Assembly: GCA_048213135.1 (NCBI GenBank)
Contig: PS015009.1
Location: 1,674,001-1,738,000, forward strand
DNA: 64,000 nt
From: Reclinomonas americana ATCC 50394
Taxonomy: Eukaryota
Direction of reading: 5' to 3'
The translations under genes were made by a program, and so were the position numbers. Below, piece after piece: positions 61,143 through 64,000 of the stretch (positions are counted from its first letter, which is position 1; each line of letters starts with the position of its first letter). A model generated the notes under the pieces. The model saw only the letters and a list, made by a program, of their open reading frames with translations, was not told where the DNA came from and did no database searches.

Positions 61143-62531
61143 TTACAACTTGATCTCCCGCTCATTTTCCCAGTTCGCCCTTATACTGAGTTTTTGTGTA
61201 ACGGGCACGACCAGTTCGGGTTGCCGTTTGCGGCCATAATCGCCCGGGTCCCACTTGCCATTACCATTGTTGTCGTAGAGTATGCTGAGCTGGTATTCAC
61301 CCGGGGTAAACAGTTTCTTCGACCATTCACTGGCCGTGAGCGGGTAAGAGTATTTGATCTCGTCATTCACAAGGAACAGTAAAACCGGCTTCCTGGACAG
61401 GTCCAGTTTAGAGAAGCGGAGTAATATACTGCCGTAATCGCTTTCCTTTTTACTCCTGAAACGAAGCGTATCATTCTTCACCAGTTTTGTGCCGATGGAG
61501 TCGGCCACTGCTGAGGAATCAATGAATAAACGATAGTCCTTATCTTCCACCCAGGCGGCCTGCAGCGTCAGTTCTTTTCGTGTACTGTCTACCGTTAGTT
61601 TGTTGCTGATCCGTACATTATTGGTATCCGTCAGCACAATTTTTGACGTGTCAATATTCCGGAGGGGTTTATTGAAACTGAGTACCAGGTTATTCAGCAG
61701 GTCCTGTGTACCGCCCTGCGCATCGGAAGTATACCTGAGCTTTTTCTCTGCATTCTTTGCCGGTGTGGAAGGCGTTGTACCCCGGTTGTCTTTTTCTACC
61801 GCGTATGCATACAATTGTACCGGCGAAGTATTGGATGATATGGTGACCGGGAGATCGGAGAAAGCGAACAATTCCGATTTGGAGTTGTAGGTTTTCCCTC
61901 CGTCGCCGTCTTTTAACGCGTATACTTTGAAAATGCCGGCGGGCAGGTTCACAAAACGGAAACTGCCATCACCCTTGAGGTTGGCAATATAATCGGGCCG
62001 GCGTTTTTGTACCAGGGAGTCATCCCCATCGCGGTAGAGCATAGCCACCAGGCTGCTGTCTGCTTTGCCCGTTTCGGCGAGCAACACTTTGCCGGTTAAC
62101 TCCAGCGAGTCGATGACCGGTCCGGTTGAAAATACATAAGTGAAATTGGTATAAGGGTTGCCTTCGTGTACATCTACAATGGCGTTGCCGAAATTAATGG
62201 AGTAGGTGGTATTGGGTTTCAGCGTGTCTTTCAGTTTCACCGTTACCGTCTTCAGTTTGTAGTCCACTACCGGCGCCGTTTTGGGATAGGGTGAAACGAG
62301 TACGTTCTGCTGGGCCTCTTTCACTTCCACATATTCGTCGAAAGTGAGGCTGATGCGGTTGCCGTTAAAATTGACCGATTTCAATGCAGGACTGGCACTG
62401 ACCAGCCGGGGGGCGAGTGTATCCTTGGCCCCGCCTGTAGGAGCGCCAATCTGGGCGCAGCCCGGGCCGAGTACGGACAGTTGCACTAAAATAAAAACGG
62501 AAAGCAGCAAGTAGAAGAAAGTCTTCAACAA
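61143..62531 (-). CDS. Ig-like (Big_5) domain lipoprotein
   Basis: GCAQIGAPTGGAKD..AP, L.PNTTYSINFGNAI.D..EGN, DNNGNGKWDPG..QPE, NWE. TTG start inferred. Confidence 0.85.
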   Translation of the reverse strand: MLKTFFYLLLSVFILVQLSVLGPGCAQIGAPTGGAKDTLAPRLVSASPALKSVNFNGNRISLTFDEYVEVKEAQQNVLVSPYPKTAPVVDYKLKTVTVKLKDTLKPNTTYSINFGNAIVDVHEGNPYTNFTYVFSTGPVIDSLELTGKVLLAETGKADSSLVAMLYRDGDDSLVQKRRPDYIANLKGDGSFRFVNLPAGIFKVYALKDGDGGKTYNSKSELFAFSDLPVTISSNTSPVQLYAYAVEKDNRGTTPSTPAKNAEKKLRYTSDAQGGTQDLLNNLVLSFNKPLRNIDTSKIVLTDTNNVRISNKLTVDSTRKELTLQAAWVEDKDYRLFIDSSAVADSIGTKLVKNDTLRFRSKKESDYGSILLRFSKLDLSRKPVLLFLVNDEIKYSYPLTASEWSKKLFTPGEYQLSILYDNNGNGKWDPGDYGRKRQPELVVPVTQKLSIRANWENEREIKL

Positions 62532-62610
62532 CAGTGGATTTAATTTCGGTAAAATTACAGGGTTTCTTCTATCCGCCGTCGCGGTATATCTTAATAATCC
62601 TTTAAAACGG

Positions 62611-64000
62611 TCAGTTTTCGGGTTCTTCTTCCAGGTCGTGCAGGGCAACTGCCAGCCGGTTGTCTTTCACAAAATTGCACCAGTGACAATCTTCCTTGCC
62701 GCAACCGGTATAAAAATCACGGGCCTGTATTTTTTGCCATACATCGGTGATCTGCTGTTTAACGGTTTCCATATCTGCCGGGTTGATCACGATCTTTTCT
62801 TTCCGGAACTGTTTCTGTTTATCCGGTTCAATAAAGTCAAATTCCGTACTCACCACGTTCCAGTTCTTCTGATCATAATTATCGATCAGTATTTTATAGA
62901 AAACGGCCTGGCGCCAGTAGTCGCCCCCATTTGGCATTTTATCATGCGGCGGTTTCATTTTTTGCAGGGCATTGTCTACGTTACCGGTTTTGTAATCCAC
63001 CACATTCACATTCCTGCTGTCAAACTCCAGTTTATCGAGTTTGCCTTTCAGCGGAATATCGTTAAGTATCACCACGCGGATGTTACGTTCTATGGCCACC
63101 ACTTTATTCCAGCTGCCGATGTACTGATCATAGTATGCCGGCAAAATAATGGAACCCTGCTCCATTCTGCGGGCAAAAGCTTCACGGGTGAAGTTCTCCC
63201 GGTGCCGGCGCATATACCAGCTGAAGTCTTCCAGAAGGACATCCGCCGGAGGGAATTCATCATTACCACTCTCCTGCATCTTCCTGAAAAAGCGCTCCAG
63301 TGCAAAGTGAATGGCACTGCCAAATTCGGTAGCTTCGCTTTTGCCTACCGGTATGCGGAGGAGGTTCTTATAATAAAAGCCCAGCGGGCAATCCAGGTAG
63401 TTGTTAAGCGCCGTTACATTCATGGAAAATTTTTCAAGCAGGCCGCTTATAAAATCTGCTTCCGCGGCCCTGATCTCCGGTGCCTGAGCGGTGAACTGCA
63501 GCATGTCGAAAACCGCCAGGTCTGCAGGATCGGTAAATACGATCTCCACAGGTAAGGGCTGTTGTTCCATGATCTCGGCAATGAACATCGAAGGTTCCTG
63601 CTCCCTGCCATCATTGCGGTAGCGGGCATAGGAGATGTATAAATATTTTTCCGCCCGGGTGATGGCTACATAAAATAACCGGCGCAGTTCCTCTTCTTCG
63701 GCGCTTTTGGCGTGTGATTCAAATAAGGTGTCGGGGAACTTATAACCGCCGCCGGGTTTTCTTTTCTTTTCCCAGCCCGATGCCGTTACGCCTGCAAAGA
63801 AAACATGTTCAAATTCAAGACCTTTGGAACCGTGCGCTGTCAGCAGGTTTACGCCTTTATCAGTACCGGATACCTGTACGAGCGGCAGGGCGATACCTTC
63901 TTTTTCCATCAGGTCGATAAGCTGGATAAAACCTTCCAGGTTAAGCGATGGGTTGCGTGCAGTTTCGGATTTAATAAAATCGAAAAGGGCGGTCAGCCAT
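62611..64000 (-). CDS. UvrD/Rep-family helicase fused to a C-terminal PD-(D/E)XK nuclease; 5' end outside the window
   Basis: LTAHGSKGLEF, EELRRLFYVAITRA; GKLDKLE, VVDYKTG, Q..FY; frame is open to the window edge. Confidence 0.92.
   Translation of the reverse strand, partial: WLTALFDFIKSETARNPSLNLEGFIQLIDLMEKEGIALPLVQVSGTDKGVNLLTAHGSKGLEFEHVFFAGVTASGWEKKRKPGGGYKFPDTLFESHAKSAEEEELRRLFYVAITRAEKYLYISYARYRNDGREQEPSMFIAEIMEQQPLPVEIVFTDPADLAVFDMLQFTAQAPEIRAAEADFISGLLEKFSMNVTALNNYLDCPLGFYYKNLLRIPVGKSEATEFGSAIHFALERFFRKMQESGNDEFPPADVLLEDFSWYMRRHRENFTREAFARRMEQGSIILPAYYDQYIGSWNKVVAIERNIRVVILNDIPLKGKLDKLEFDSRNVNVVDYKTGNVDNALQKMKPPHDKMPNGGDYWRQAVFYKILIDNYDQKNWNVVSTEFDFIEPDKQKQFRKEKIVINPADMETVKQQITDVWQKIQARDFYTGCGKEDCHWCNFVKDNRLAVALHDLEEEPEN

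Overview
64-kb chromosomal segment of a Bacteroidota bacterium, most likely Chitinophagaceae. This is inferred from TAnnTTTG -7 promoter boxes, no consistent Shine-Dalgarno sequences, T9SS-sorted proteins, a bTHX ribosomal protein and a split metH. Core genes include a lipid kinase, fabH, obgE, ligA, rplM-rpsI-rpsB-tsf, pyrH, pdxH, hup, xth, metH (two parts), recR and a UvrD-nuclease fusion. A phenylacetyl-CoA catabolic cluster (paaE, paaABC, paaD, paaG, paaI, paaY and a TetR regulator) is split by insertions. Accessory modules: two NarL-type two-component islands with T9SS cargo (one carrying an AT-rich clostripain cassette), a LytS/LytTR pair with an exported intradiol-dioxygenase-like protein, an ECF sigma with a dual-membrane-spanning anti-sigma candidate, and an insertion between tsf and pyrH with a 21-bp tandem array. 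Non-coding signals read from the sequence: a SAM-II-type riboswitch before metH, a 6S-Flavo-like RNA with an apparent palindromic insertion, a candidate unannotated small RNA near 23.1-23.3 kb, three putative operator families, a paired ECF promoter, a MITE-like element and dispersed 7-mer periodic repeats. No tRNA, rRNA, CRISPR array or transposase was recognised. All product calls come from motif recognition by eye; no database searches were run.
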